Below are positions 54,208 through 62,692 of a DNA stretch of 64,000 nt, piece by piece (the first letter of the stretch is position 1; every line of letters starts with the position of its first letter). The DNA is from a virus. The notes below the pieces were generated by a model. It did not search any database and was not told where the DNA came from. It saw only the letters and a program-made list of their open reading frames with translations. The stretch lies in the IMG/VR virus record IMGVR_UViG_3300023184_000103, positions 4,273-68,272 of that record, one strand, 5' to 3'. Both the position numbers and the translations under genes were made by a program.

Positions 54208-55122
54208 ATGGCTACCCCAATGAGAAGTACCGACTTTAGGTCGGTTGTTGAGCCGATAATGAACGAGGTGTTCGACGGCATTTACGAGCAACGTGCTGAC
54301 GAATGGAAGATGGTCTTCCGTGAGCAAAAAGGTATTCCTCGGAATTACCACGAAGAACCCGTCCTGTACGGTTTCGGCGCGGCTCCTGAGTTGCCTGACG
54401 GCATGGCTGTGACCTACCAAAGCGGTGGTGTGCTCTTCATTCAGCGTTACCTTTACAAAGTGTATGGCCTTGCCTTTGCTTTGACCAAGGTGCTTGTTGA
54501 AGATGGCGACCACATCCGCATTGGTCAGACCTATGCCAAGCACTTGGCTCAGTCGCTGATTGAGACTAAAGAAACTCTATCCGCCAATGTCCTGAATCGT
54601 GCCTTCAACAGCGCGTATCTGGGTGGTGACGGTGTTTCTTTGATTTCAACTTCACACCCGATTGTCAATGGTGTGTTTAGCAATCAGTTGAGCACCGCTG
54701 CTGCACTGTCGCAGACCTCGCTTGAGCAACAGTTGGTTCAGATCCGCAACGCTGTTGACAACAATGGCAAGCGTATCCGTCTGACACCTAAGAAGATCGT
54801 TTCTGGACCCAGCAATGTGTTCCAGGCCGAAGTTCTGCTCAAGTCTGTTCTGCGCACCGGCACGGCTGACAATGACATCAACCCGGTCAAGTCCATGGGC
54901 TTGCTGGCTGAAGGTCAAGGCAATCTGTCGCGTATCACATCTACCACCGCTTGGTGGATCCAGACTGATGCACAGGATGGCCTGAAGCTGTTGATGCGTC
55001 GGGGCTTGGAGAAGTCTATGGAAGGCGACTTTGAGACTGACTCCATGCGCTACAAAGCCACTGAGCGTTACACGGTGGGTTGGACTGACCCACGCGGTTT
55101 GTACGGCACCGCTGGAGTCTAA
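54208..55122 (+). CDS. Major capsid protein (Mu gpT-like family)
   Basis: AAGGAGG RBS; GFG.AP...G, ETKE..ANVLN.AF, GGDGV.L....HP, DFET...RYKA.ERY..GW.DPRG. Confidence 0.9.
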   Translation: MATPMRSTDFRSVVEPIMNEVFDGIYEQRADEWKMVFREQKGIPRNYHEEPVLYGFGAAPELPDGMAVTYQSGGVLFIQRYLYKVYGLAFALTKVLVEDGDHIRIGQTYAKHLAQSLIETKETLSANVLNRAFNSAYLGGDGVSLISTSHPIVNGVFSNQLSTAAALSQTSLEQQLVQIRNAVDNNGKRIRLTPKKIVSGPSNVFQAEVLLKSVLRTGTADNDINPVKSMGLLAEGQGNLSRITSTTAWWIQTDAQDGLKLLMRRGLEKSMEGDFETDSMRYKATERYTVGWTDPRGLYGTAGV

Positions 55123-55133
55123 GACTACGGCTT

Positions 55134-55162
55134 TAACCCTCAACTCACAAGGTTGGGGGTTA
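55134..55162 (+). other. Hairpin after the MCP stop (no adjacent U-tract)
   Basis: taaccctcaact pairs with ggttgggggtta, 12 bp including two G-U pairs. Confidence 0.55.
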
Positions 55163-55174
55163 TGGAGGTAGTTT

Positions 55175-55243
55175 TAATGCGTCTGACAGCTTAGCCTCAA
55201 GCTGACGACATGCAGACGGACGCATTACACTTGCATGTAAGGA
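55175..55243 (+). ncRNA. Pseudoknotted cis RNA downstream of capsid gene (Mu-gpT-DE motif candidate)
   Basis: P1 55175-55185/55217-55227, P2 55187-55192/55199-55204, pseudoknot 55208-55214/55232-55238 abutting the RBS. Confidence 0.6.
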
Positions 55244-55249
55244 AACATC

Positions 55250-55729
55250 ATGGCATCTACGACTTTTACCGGCCCAGTCACATCGCTAAACGGCTTTATC
55301 ACTGGTTCAGGCTCACTTGTTCAAATTACGGCTGCAACTACAGCCACTAGCGCAGCAAATGCTGGGCGTTTGAATCTGTTTAATGCGGCTGCTGGGGCAA
55401 TAGTTACATTGCCTGCTGCTACTGGCAGTGGCAATCAGTACAATTTTGCCGTGCAAACCACGGTCACTAGCAACAACTACGTTGTCCAAGTGGCAAATGC
55501 AACTGATGTGATGGCAGGTCGTGCACTTATGTTGCAAGACGCTGGTGATACGGTAGTCGGCTTTGAAACCGTTGCCGCATCTGACACTATTACTCTAAAC
55601 GGCACCACTAAAGGCGGCACCAAGGGCGATACAATCTACATCACGGATATCGCCAGTGGGTTGTTTTTGGTACATTGCAATTTGACCGGCACCGGCACAG
55701 AGGCTACACCATTCAGCGCTGCTGTTTGA
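55250..55729 (+). CDS. Head-associated structural protein
   Basis: TTFTGPV.S.NGF start, VTLPAATG.G, DTITLNGTT.GG. Confidence 0.7.
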   Translation: MASTTFTGPVTSLNGFITGSGSLVQITAATTATSAANAGRLNLFNAAAGAIVTLPAATGSGNQYNFAVQTTVTSNNYVVQVANATDVMAGRALMLQDAGDTVVGFETVAASDTITLNGTTKGGTKGDTIYITDIASGLFLVHCNLTGTGTEATPFSAAV

Positions 55730-55742
55730 TCGGGAGATCAAC

Positions 55743-56153
55743 ATGGCTGACGCAGTAGCTTCACAAACTCTACTTGACGGTGAACGGCTGTTCATCGCCA
55801 AGTTTACAAACATTTCCGATGGCACTGGTGAAACAGCTGTCGTAAAGATTGATGTCACCACTCTTGCACGAAATGCATTTAATTTAGCGTGCAATGGGGT
55901 AAAAATCAACAAAATCTGGGCGACTACGCATGGTATGGAAGTACGTATCCTTTGGGATGCATCTACTGATGTGTTTGCGTGGCTAGTTCCTCAGAATACA
56001 AACTACCTTCTAGACTTTTCGTCTTTTGGTGGCTTACAAAACAACGGCGGGACAGGTGTGAATGGGAATGTACTATTTACCACCTCTGATGCTTCAGCCG
56101 GTGACATGTACACTATTGTTCTTGAGTGTATTAAGACCTACGCAAGCGCGTAA
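55743..56153 (+). CDS. Conserved structural-region protein
   Basis: MADAV.SQT..DG.R....KFTN.SDGTGE.AV.K.DV; GGAG RBS. Confidence 0.75.
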   Translation: MADAVASQTLLDGERLFIAKFTNISDGTGETAVVKIDVTTLARNAFNLACNGVKINKIWATTHGMEVRILWDASTDVFAWLVPQNTNYLLDFSSFGGLQNNGGTGVNGNVLFTTSDASAGDMYTIVLECIKTYASA

Positions 56154-56164
56154 AAGGAAATAAC

Positions 56165-56554
56165 ATGGGCTGCACTTACGTTAAAGAGTTTAGTTTCGGC
56201 GGCAAGGTTACTCCTGCTGCGGCTGTGCATAAGCATGAGAAAGCCTTGCACCCTGGCAAACCCATGACCAAGATGGCCAAGGGTGGCAAGGTGATGGAGA
56301 AAGCCACAGGGGAAACCTACCCAAGCCGCAAAGCCATGATGATGCATGAGAAGGAGGAAACTCCTAGGATGCAACGCGAAGAGATCATGCAAAAGTCTAG
56401 TGTGCGTGCACCTCGTCGTGCAATGCCTGTGGCTCCAATGAACCCGCTCATTCCAATGAACAAGGGCGGTGCAATGCACAAAATGCCTGATGGCAAAATG
56501 ATGAAAAACTCTGCCATGAAAAAAGGCGGCATGGCTAAAAATCCAAATTGCTAA
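56165..56554 (+). CDS. Small basic Met/Lys-rich protein with multiple xxKGG motifs
   Basis: MAKGG, MNKGG, MKKGG; HKMPDGKMM. Confidence 0.7.
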   Translation: MGCTYVKEFSFGGKVTPAAAVHKHEKALHPGKPMTKMAKGGKVMEKATGETYPSRKAMMMHEKEETPRMQREEIMQKSSVRAPRRAMPVAPMNPLIPMNKGGAMHKMPDGKMMKNSAMKKGGMAKNPNC

Positions 56555-56923
56555 ATGCCTTCTTCATCAAAAGCTCAACACAACTTTATGGAGGCAATAG
56601 CTCACAGTCCGAGCTTTGCCAAAAAAGTTGGTGTCCCGCAGTCCGTAGGTAAAGACTTTTCTAACGCCGATAAAGGCAAAACTTTTAAAAGAGGTGGCGG
56701 TATGGCTACTAAAATTTCTCCTTTTATGGGTAAAGAAAGCAAAGCTGAAGAAGCTAAAGAAATGAAGATCAAGGCCAAGAGCCCTGCCATGTACATGAAA
56801 GGCGAAAAAGCCGAAGGGATTCATGGCAAATCTGGGATGGAAAATCCAAGCAACTATGCTCGTGGCGGTGCGTCCAAAAAGACACCGATGAAAAAAGGCG
56901 GCATGACAAGGCCAAATTGCTGA
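56555..56923 (+). CDS. Small basic protein with xxxGG motifs
   Basis: MPS.SK.QHNFM.A.AH.P.FAKKVG.PQSV.KDF..ADK. Confidence 0.75.
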   Translation: MPSSSKAQHNFMEAIAHSPSFAKKVGVPQSVGKDFSNADKGKTFKRGGGMATKISPFMGKESKAEEAKEMKIKAKSPAMYMKGEKAEGIHGKSGMENPSNYARGGASKKTPMKKGGMTRPNC

Positions 56924-56924
56924 T

Positions 56925-56985
56925 TTGAGTTTATAATTTAGTCTTCCGGGCGTGCTGAAACAGCGGCCACTTGACCCCAACCCGG
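56925..56985 (+). promoter_or_regulatory. Putative promoter (TATAAT 56932-56937) plus structured leader
   Basis: TGCTGAAACAGC 15 nt after TATAAT; outer ttccggg/cccggag stem covers the GGAG RBS. Confidence 0.55.
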
Positions 56986-56992
56986 AGCTAGC

Positions 56993-57973
56993 ATGGCGTT
57001 TTCTGGCAATGTAAGCGGCACAACATTCAATGCGTTGAAGGTAGTTGACCATGCCTTTAGGCGTTGCCGTTTGCCTGCGCAGGCCATTACTGCTGAAATG
57101 CAGACCTATGCACTAGAGTCTCTCTACTTGCAGTTGTCAGACATGGCAAATGTCAAGACTCCGAGTTGGTGCATTGAAAAACTCATCCTGCCGTTTTACG
57201 AAAACCAGCCCCTCATTCCGTTGCCCGTTGGTACGATTGAGGTGCTTAATGCCAACTATCGAGTCATTCAGCCAGTAACCGGCACCACTGTAACGGCTAG
57301 CACTTCTTACACTGTAAATTTTAGCTCAGCCACGGTGGTAGACACCATTGGCATTAAATGGTCTGGCACCTCGGTCAACGTCACGTTCCAAGTCTCAACA
57401 ACGGGCACAACGTGGGTTACAGTAGGCAGCTCATCGGTAACCGCCGCTGCTGGTGATATAGTTTGGACAGACATCTCCGGAGCTCTTGCGTACCAGTACT
57501 TCAGGATCACCTCGGCTAGTCCAATCCTTTATACGGCGATCACGCTGGGCAACATGCCGCAAGAAATACCTTTTGGCGTGTTGAATCGAGATACTTACGT
57601 TGCTCAGTCAAACAAGGTCTTCCCTGGTCGGCCCAACAGCTACTGGTTTCAGCGGGACATTCCAAAGCCTGTGATGCACATCTGGCCAGCACCATTTGCC
57701 GGCGCTGAGCAAGCCCAACTCATTGTTTGGCGGCATCGCCACATCATGGACACTGAAAACCTACAGCAAGACGTTGAGGTGCCTCAGCGCTGGTTGGAAG
57801 CCATTGTGAATGGCCTAGCTGCCAAGATGGCTGCAGAGACGGCTCAAGTGGATCTTAATTTGATTCCAATACTTGAACAGAAATACATGGCATCCCGTCA
57901 AACCGCTTGGGACGGTGACAACGATGGCTCGCCAATTTTCATCCAGCCAGCTATTGGTGCATACACCAAATGA
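56993..57973 (+). CDS. Head-completion/neck protein, lineage B copy
   Basis: Motif correspondence with 266..1183, with a different central insert. Confidence 0.65.
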   Translation: MAFSGNVSGTTFNALKVVDHAFRRCRLPAQAITAEMQTYALESLYLQLSDMANVKTPSWCIEKLILPFYENQPLIPLPVGTIEVLNANYRVIQPVTGTTVTASTSYTVNFSSATVVDTIGIKWSGTSVNVTFQVSTTGTTWVTVGSSSVTAAAGDIVWTDISGALAYQYFRITSASPILYTAITLGNMPQEIPFGVLNRDTYVAQSNKVFPGRPNSYWFQRDIPKPVMHIWPAPFAGAEQAQLIVWRHRHIMDTENLQQDVEVPQRWLEAIVNGLAAKMAAETAQVDLNLIPILEQKYMASRQTAWDGDNDGSPIFIQPAIGAYTK

Positions 57974-58269
57974 TATACCTTGACGTTTCTGGCCAGTCTA
58001 CTTATGGCATTGCCATTTGTGGGCGCTGCTCACGCAAGTTTTTGCTTGCTGAACTTGCGCCAGATCCAAACTCGCCAGGGCTTATGGTCTGCAAAGAAGA
58101 CCTAGATGACTATGACCCGTATCGACTTGCACCTCGCGCACCTGACCAGATCGTGCTGCCTTTCACCCGACCTGACACTCCTATCAATACCCACCCAGCA
58201 GGTTTGATACAGGAAGCAGGTGACGAATTCATCATTACCGAAGACGGCGACGGATACTTGGAGTTCTAA
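57970..58269 (+). CDS. Zn-finger structural-region protein
   Basis: ICGRC...GLMVC...D.YDPYRL...RPD. Confidence 0.7.
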   Translation: MIYLDVSGQSTYGIAICGRCSRKFLLAELAPDPNSPGLMVCKEDLDDYDPYRLAPRAPDQIVLPFTRPDTPINTHPAGLIQEAGDEFIITEDGDGYLEF

Positions 58270-59919
58270 ATGTCTGACGTTCCAAGCAACCTAATACCCA
58301 CGCGAATTACGCAGCTGCCAACAGCTCCTGTGGCTGACGAAAACAGCCTGATGATGATTGTCTATCAGGGCAATAATTACCAGATCCGTGTTGGTGACTT
58401 GCTCAGTGTGACCGGAGTGCCTATAACTAGGCAAGTGATTGCTGGTACGGGTCTGACAGGCGGCGGTGCGCTCTCTAGCAACGTGACGCTTAGCGTTGCT
58501 GTTGGTGGGATTGGTGGCACTCAGCTTAACTCAACTGGCGTGACTCCCGGTGTTTACGGTAACTCCACGAACATTCCGGTTTTTACCGTTGACACAAATG
58601 GTCGGGTGTCTGCAGCAACTACCATTCAAGCTGCCGTCCCATCGGTCACAGGAACCCCAGACCAAATTGCCATTTCAGCAGGGCCAACTGTAGCCATAGC
58701 TAGCAACCCAGTTCTGCCGGGTAGTGGCGGTGTTGTTGTGCCATCAGGTACTACCGGCCAACGTGGGGCGTCTACGTTAGGAAACATCCGCTACAACTCA
58801 ACAACAGGCTTGTTTGAGGGCTACAACGGCACTTGGACTGCATTTGCATCAGGTTCTGGCGTTACTTCTATTTCCACTGGAACTGGCCTTACGGGTGGCC
58901 CAATTACTTCCACCGGGACAATTTCTCTTGCGGATACGGCAGTGACGCCGGGTGCGTACACAAACGCAAATGTGACGGTTGACCAGCAGGGCCGAATTAC
59001 CTTGGCCTCAAGTGGCGCAGCGGGTGGTGTAACAACATTTAGTGCTGGCACCACGGGGTTCACGCCAAGCACTGCAACATCAGGCGCAATTACTTTAGCT
59101 GGCACTTTGGCAGTAGCCAATGGCGGTACAAACATTACGAGCTACGCTGTTGGCGACATTATCTACGCCAGCACAACGGGCGTATTGTCCAAACTTGCTG
59201 ACATAGCCACAGGCAATGCATTGATTACAGGCGGCGTTGGTGTTGCGCCAAGCTACGGCAAAATTGGACTTACCACACACGTTTCTGGCAACCTGCCGGT
59301 TACCAACTTGAACAGTGGAACCGGAGCAACTTCCTCCACATTTTGGCGTGGTGATGGTACTTGGGCGGCGGCTGGTACGGGTTCGGTCACCAGTGTTGCC
59401 CAGTCGTTTACGGGTGGCATCATCTCGGTTGCTGGCTCACCAATTACGACCAGCGGCACTTTGGCATTGACGGTTGCCGGGACAAGCGGTGGGATTCCCT
59501 ACTTTTCTGGGACAACTACATGGGCAACCTCGGCGGCTCTTGCGGCCAATGCCTTAGTTATTGGTGGCGGTGCCGGAGCGGCTCCTGCAACCACCACAAC
59601 AGGCACTGGCGTAGTTACCGCGCTAGGGGTGAATACAGGTACTGTCGGCGCTTTTGTGGTCAATGGCGGCGCTTTGGGTACGCCGAGCAGCGGTACGTTG
59701 ACTAGCGCAACGGGCTTGCCACTAACCACTGGAGTCACAGGCACATTGCCCATTGCAAACGGCGGCACTAACTCAACTGCTACGGCAACCGCTGGTGGTG
59801 CAGGGTATGGGACTGGAACTGCTCATGCATACACTGCAGCAGGTACAGCAGGCCAGGTATTAACATCAGCGGGTGCAAGTGCTCCCGTGTGGGCAGGAAT
59901 CTCAGGAGGTACTTTCTAA
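58270..59919 (+). CDS. Tail fibre protein
   Basis: AGTGLTGGG, GVTPG.Y......TVD..GR, IRYN.T...FEGY, LPIANGGT repeats; ends GGTF. Confidence 0.85.
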   Translation: MSDVPSNLIPTRITQLPTAPVADENSLMMIVYQGNNYQIRVGDLLSVTGVPITRQVIAGTGLTGGGALSSNVTLSVAVGGIGGTQLNSTGVTPGVYGNSTNIPVFTVDTNGRVSAATTIQAAVPSVTGTPDQIAISAGPTVAIASNPVLPGSGGVVVPSGTTGQRGASTLGNIRYNSTTGLFEGYNGTWTAFASGSGVTSISTGTGLTGGPITSTGTISLADTAVTPGAYTNANVTVDQQGRITLASSGAAGGVTTFSAGTTGFTPSTATSGAITLAGTLAVANGGTNITSYAVGDIIYASTTGVLSKLADIATGNALITGGVGVAPSYGKIGLTTHVSGNLPVTNLNSGTGATSSTFWRGDGTWAAAGTGSVTSVAQSFTGGIISVAGSPITTSGTLALTVAGTSGGIPYFSGTTTWATSAALAANALVIGGGAGAAPATTTTGTGVVTALGVNTGTVGAFVVNGGALGTPSSGTLTSATGLPLTTGVTGTLPIANGGTNSTATATAGGAGYGTGTAHAYTAAGTAGQVLTSAGASAPVWAGISGGTF

Positions 59920-60149
59920 TGGCACAAACAGGCTATACCCCAATATCGCTGTACTACAGCACGACAGCTTCTGCGGCTCCAACTTCTGGCAATCTTGTTG
60001 CTGGTGAGCTAGCGCTCAATACGCTTGATGAAAAGTTGTATTTTAAGAATAGTGCCGGTACTGTAAAACTGCTTGCAAGTAACGCTGCTGCAACTGGCGG
60101 AGCTACTAAAGGCCAAGCAATCGCTTTCTCAATGATCTTCGGTCTCTAA
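59919..60149 (+). CDS. Short fibre adaptor protein (76 aa)
   Basis: AGGAGG RBS; P....L..GELA.N..D.KLYFK domain joined to GATKGQAIAFSMIFGL. Confidence 0.7.
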   Translation: MAQTGYTPISLYYSTTASAAPTSGNLVAGELALNTLDEKLYFKNSAGTVKLLASNAAATGGATKGQAIAFSMIFGL

Positions 60150-60158
60150 GGAACCATC

Positions 60159-60662
60159 ATGGCGCTTACCCAAGAAATGGTGAAGGAGATGTTTGACTAC
60201 CGTGCAGACGGTAATTTAATTCGTCGCCATTCAACAATGGGTAACGGTAACTATGCGGGTGCTGTAGTTGGCACAAAACCAACAGGCGCTCGTAACTACA
60301 GGTACGGCGCAACTACAATTCGTGGTGAGCATTGGTGTATGCACAAGCTGATTTATTTGTATCATCACGGGGTTGTTCCGGAGCAGTTAGATCACATTAA
60401 CCAGAATCCAGCAGACAATAGAATTGAAAATTTGCGTGTTGCTAATGGTTCAGAAAATGCTTGTAATCGTAAATTGTTTGCCAATAGTACGTCTGGTTGC
60501 AAAGGCGTATCGTGGCATAGAGCGCGATCACGCTGGTTTGTTTATGTTGATGTCAAAAAGAAACGCAAGAATATTGGTTATTTTGACGATCTTGAACTAG
60601 CTGATTTGGTAGCGACAGAAGCAAGAAACTTGTACCACGGCGCTTTTGTCCGCCACGTTTAA
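60159..60662 (+). CDS. Free-standing HNH-AP2 homing endonuclease
   Basis: H..IY...HG..P..LDHIN....DNRIENLR......N..N; SG.KGVSW.....W......K...IGYF; absent from copy 1. Confidence 0.92.
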   Translation: MALTQEMVKEMFDYRADGNLIRRHSTMGNGNYAGAVVGTKPTGARNYRYGATTIRGEHWCMHKLIYLYHHGVVPEQLDHINQNPADNRIENLRVANGSENACNRKLFANSTSGCKGVSWHRARSRWFVYVDVKKKRKNIGYFDDLELADLVATEARNLYHGAFVRHV

Positions 60663-60674
60663 AGGAAAAATACC

Positions 60675-61067
60675 ATGAGTTCTCCAAATATTGTAAATGT
60701 CACCTCAATCATTGGGACGACAACGTACTACACTCCCACAGGTACAACTGCTGTAGTGCTTGTACCTAACGCCGCATCCAGCGGTACGGTGTTTAAGATC
60801 AATCAGATTGTGGTGGCTAACACCACGGCTTCAGCAGCTAATGCAACTGTGGCTATATACACCAACGGCGCTGTAGCCCAAGGCTCCGCCCCTGCTGGCG
60901 GTACGGCAAACCCAGTGGTATCGGCGGTGTCTGTCCCGGCAAATGCCTCGCTGATTGCTGTTGATAAAACCACTGCCATCTACCTGATGGAAGGTACGTC
61001 AATCTCCATCACTTCGGGTACAGCAAGCGCGTTGACCTACACCATCAGCTACGAAGTCATAACTTAA
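60675..61067 (+). CDS. Tail-associated beta-sandwich protein (copy 2)
   Basis: Homolog of 5177..5569; AAGGA RBS. Confidence 0.8.
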   Translation: MSSPNIVNVTSIIGTTTYYTPTGTTAVVLVPNAASSGTVFKINQIVVANTTASAANATVAIYTNGAVAQGSAPAGGTANPVVSAVSVPANASLIAVDKTTAIYLMEGTSISITSGTASALTYTISYEVIT

Positions 61068-61079
61068 ACGGGTAGCACC

Positions 61080-62219
61080 ATGAGTACGCGCTACAAAGGC
61101 GGGGTCATCTCTGCCACTGCACCAACAACGTCAACCAGCACGGCTAAAGGTATCTGGACGGCTACCCAGCAGATGCAGTCTGTGGGCGCAAGTGTTTGGC
61201 CTCGTAGCCCCGGCGCTCCTACTATTGGTACTGCTACTGCTGGGGCTTCTTCTGCCACTGTTACTTATACCGCGCCTTCAGACTTGGGAGCAGGTTCTAT
61301 TACTTATACCGCTACATCAACTCCGGGTAGTTTTACTGGGACAGGCTCATCACCTATAACAGTTTCAGGACTAACCAATGGTACGGCGTACACATTTACT
61401 GTTGCCGGAGCTACTCCGGGCGGGACTGGCCCATCTAGTGCGGCTTCAAATAGTATTACTCCAATAGCTATTGGCCAACAAGCATATACAACCCGAGGCG
61501 TATATACATGGGTTGCTCCAGCAAGTGTTACATCGGTATCCGTTGTAGCCGTAGGCGCAGGTGCGGCAGGTGCGGGTAACAGGGGCGGTACAATGTATGG
61601 TGGTGGTGGTGGCGCTTTGGCTTATACAAATAATATTAGCACCACACCCGGAAGCTCCTATACAGTGAAAGTTGCTGGGTGCAACGGTTGCGGTGCTTTT
61701 ACCTATAACGCCTCATCTTTTGTTTGCAACCCCAAAGCGGGTAATGGCGGCTGTGGAAGTGGCCTGCAAGGTTGGGGGTCTACTGCTGGTACTGTGATAG
61801 CTGGCACTGGCTACAGCGGCGGCACTGGCAGATATGGCCCGTTTTGCGGGAACGCTTACGGCTTGGGCGGCGGCGGTGGCGGCGCGGGTGGATATTCGGG
61901 CGTAGGAGGCAATGGCTCTACAGCATGTGGTACTGCTTTTTATAGCAACGGAACTAACGGCTCTGGGGGTGCTGGCGGCGGCGGCGGGGTTGCGGGCAAT
62001 GGCGGCGGGGTTGGTATTTTGGGACAAGGCTCAAGTGGAACAGCAGGGGCCGGAACAATTAGTACAGTCTCCAATGGAACTCCGGGTAGCGGCGGCTGTG
62101 GTAAGTTTTATGGTGGAGGGGGCGGAGGCAACGGAAATGCCGGTGGTAATGGCGCAGTCCGCATTATCTGGCCCGGAACTTCACGCTCATTTCCATCTAC
62201 TTGTACAGGTGATTTGTAA
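61080..62219 (+). CDS. Glycine-rich fibre protein with fibronectin type III domain (copy 2)
   Basis: PGAPTIGTATAG...Y.ATS.PG...SPITVSGLTNGTAYTFTV......G..SAASNS, then glycine-rich domain. Confidence 0.8.
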   Translation: MSTRYKGGVISATAPTTSTSTAKGIWTATQQMQSVGASVWPRSPGAPTIGTATAGASSATVTYTAPSDLGAGSITYTATSTPGSFTGTGSSPITVSGLTNGTAYTFTVAGATPGGTGPSSAASNSITPIAIGQQAYTTRGVYTWVAPASVTSVSVVAVGAGAAGAGNRGGTMYGGGGGALAYTNNISTTPGSSYTVKVAGCNGCGAFTYNASSFVCNPKAGNGGCGSGLQGWGSTAGTVIAGTGYSGGTGRYGPFCGNAYGLGGGGGGAGGYSGVGGNGSTACGTAFYSNGTNGSGGAGGGGGVAGNGGGVGILGQGSSGTAGAGTISTVSNGTPGSGGCGKFYGGGGGGNGNAGGNGAVRIIWPGTSRSFPSTCTGDL

Positions 62220-62692
62220 TGAAGCTGTATATTGAAACTGAAAACGGGCAGTTTAAGAATCACCCTGCGTTTGAGGACAACCTAATGCAAGCGTTTGGTG
62301 CAATCCCTGAACATTGGGAGCCATTCACTCGTATCGAGCGCCCTACACCCGGCGTGTACCAATTGTTAGAGGGCGATGAGCCTGTCTATGCCAAAGTAGA
62401 TGGCGTGTGGACTGACGTATGGTCGGTGCGTGACCTGACTGTGGAAGAAAAGACTGCCAAACAACAGGCTGTGGTCACTGCGTTTAATGACCGCCCACAA
62501 GCATCTAACTGGTCGGCATGGAATCTGGATGAGGAAACTTGCACAATGCAGCCGCCTATCCCTCGGCCCGCATTTGTAGAGGGCAAAATTGTTTTCTGGT
62601 GTGGCGCAGATGCCAACTGGAAAGAAGCTCCGGCTCGTCCAGAAGGCAATTACAAGTTTGATTTCTTTGCATGGGATTGGGTTGCAGTATGA
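62219..62692 (+). CDS. Fibre-associated protein (copy 2)
   Basis: Homolog of 6454..6927. Confidence 0.75.
   Translation: MKLYIETENGQFKNHPAFEDNLMQAFGAIPEHWEPFTRIERPTPGVYQLLEGDEPVYAKVDGVWTDVWSVRDLTVEEKTAKQQAVVTAFNDRPQASNWSAWNLDEETCTMQPPIPRPAFVEGKIVFWCGADANWKEAPARPEGNYKFDFFAWDWVAV

Noticed and set aside
55202-55246. Hammerhead ribozyme (CTGACGA followed by a stem and a nearby GAAA)
   Set aside because: GAAA does not directly follow the stem, and I could not build stems I and III with a cleavage triplet.
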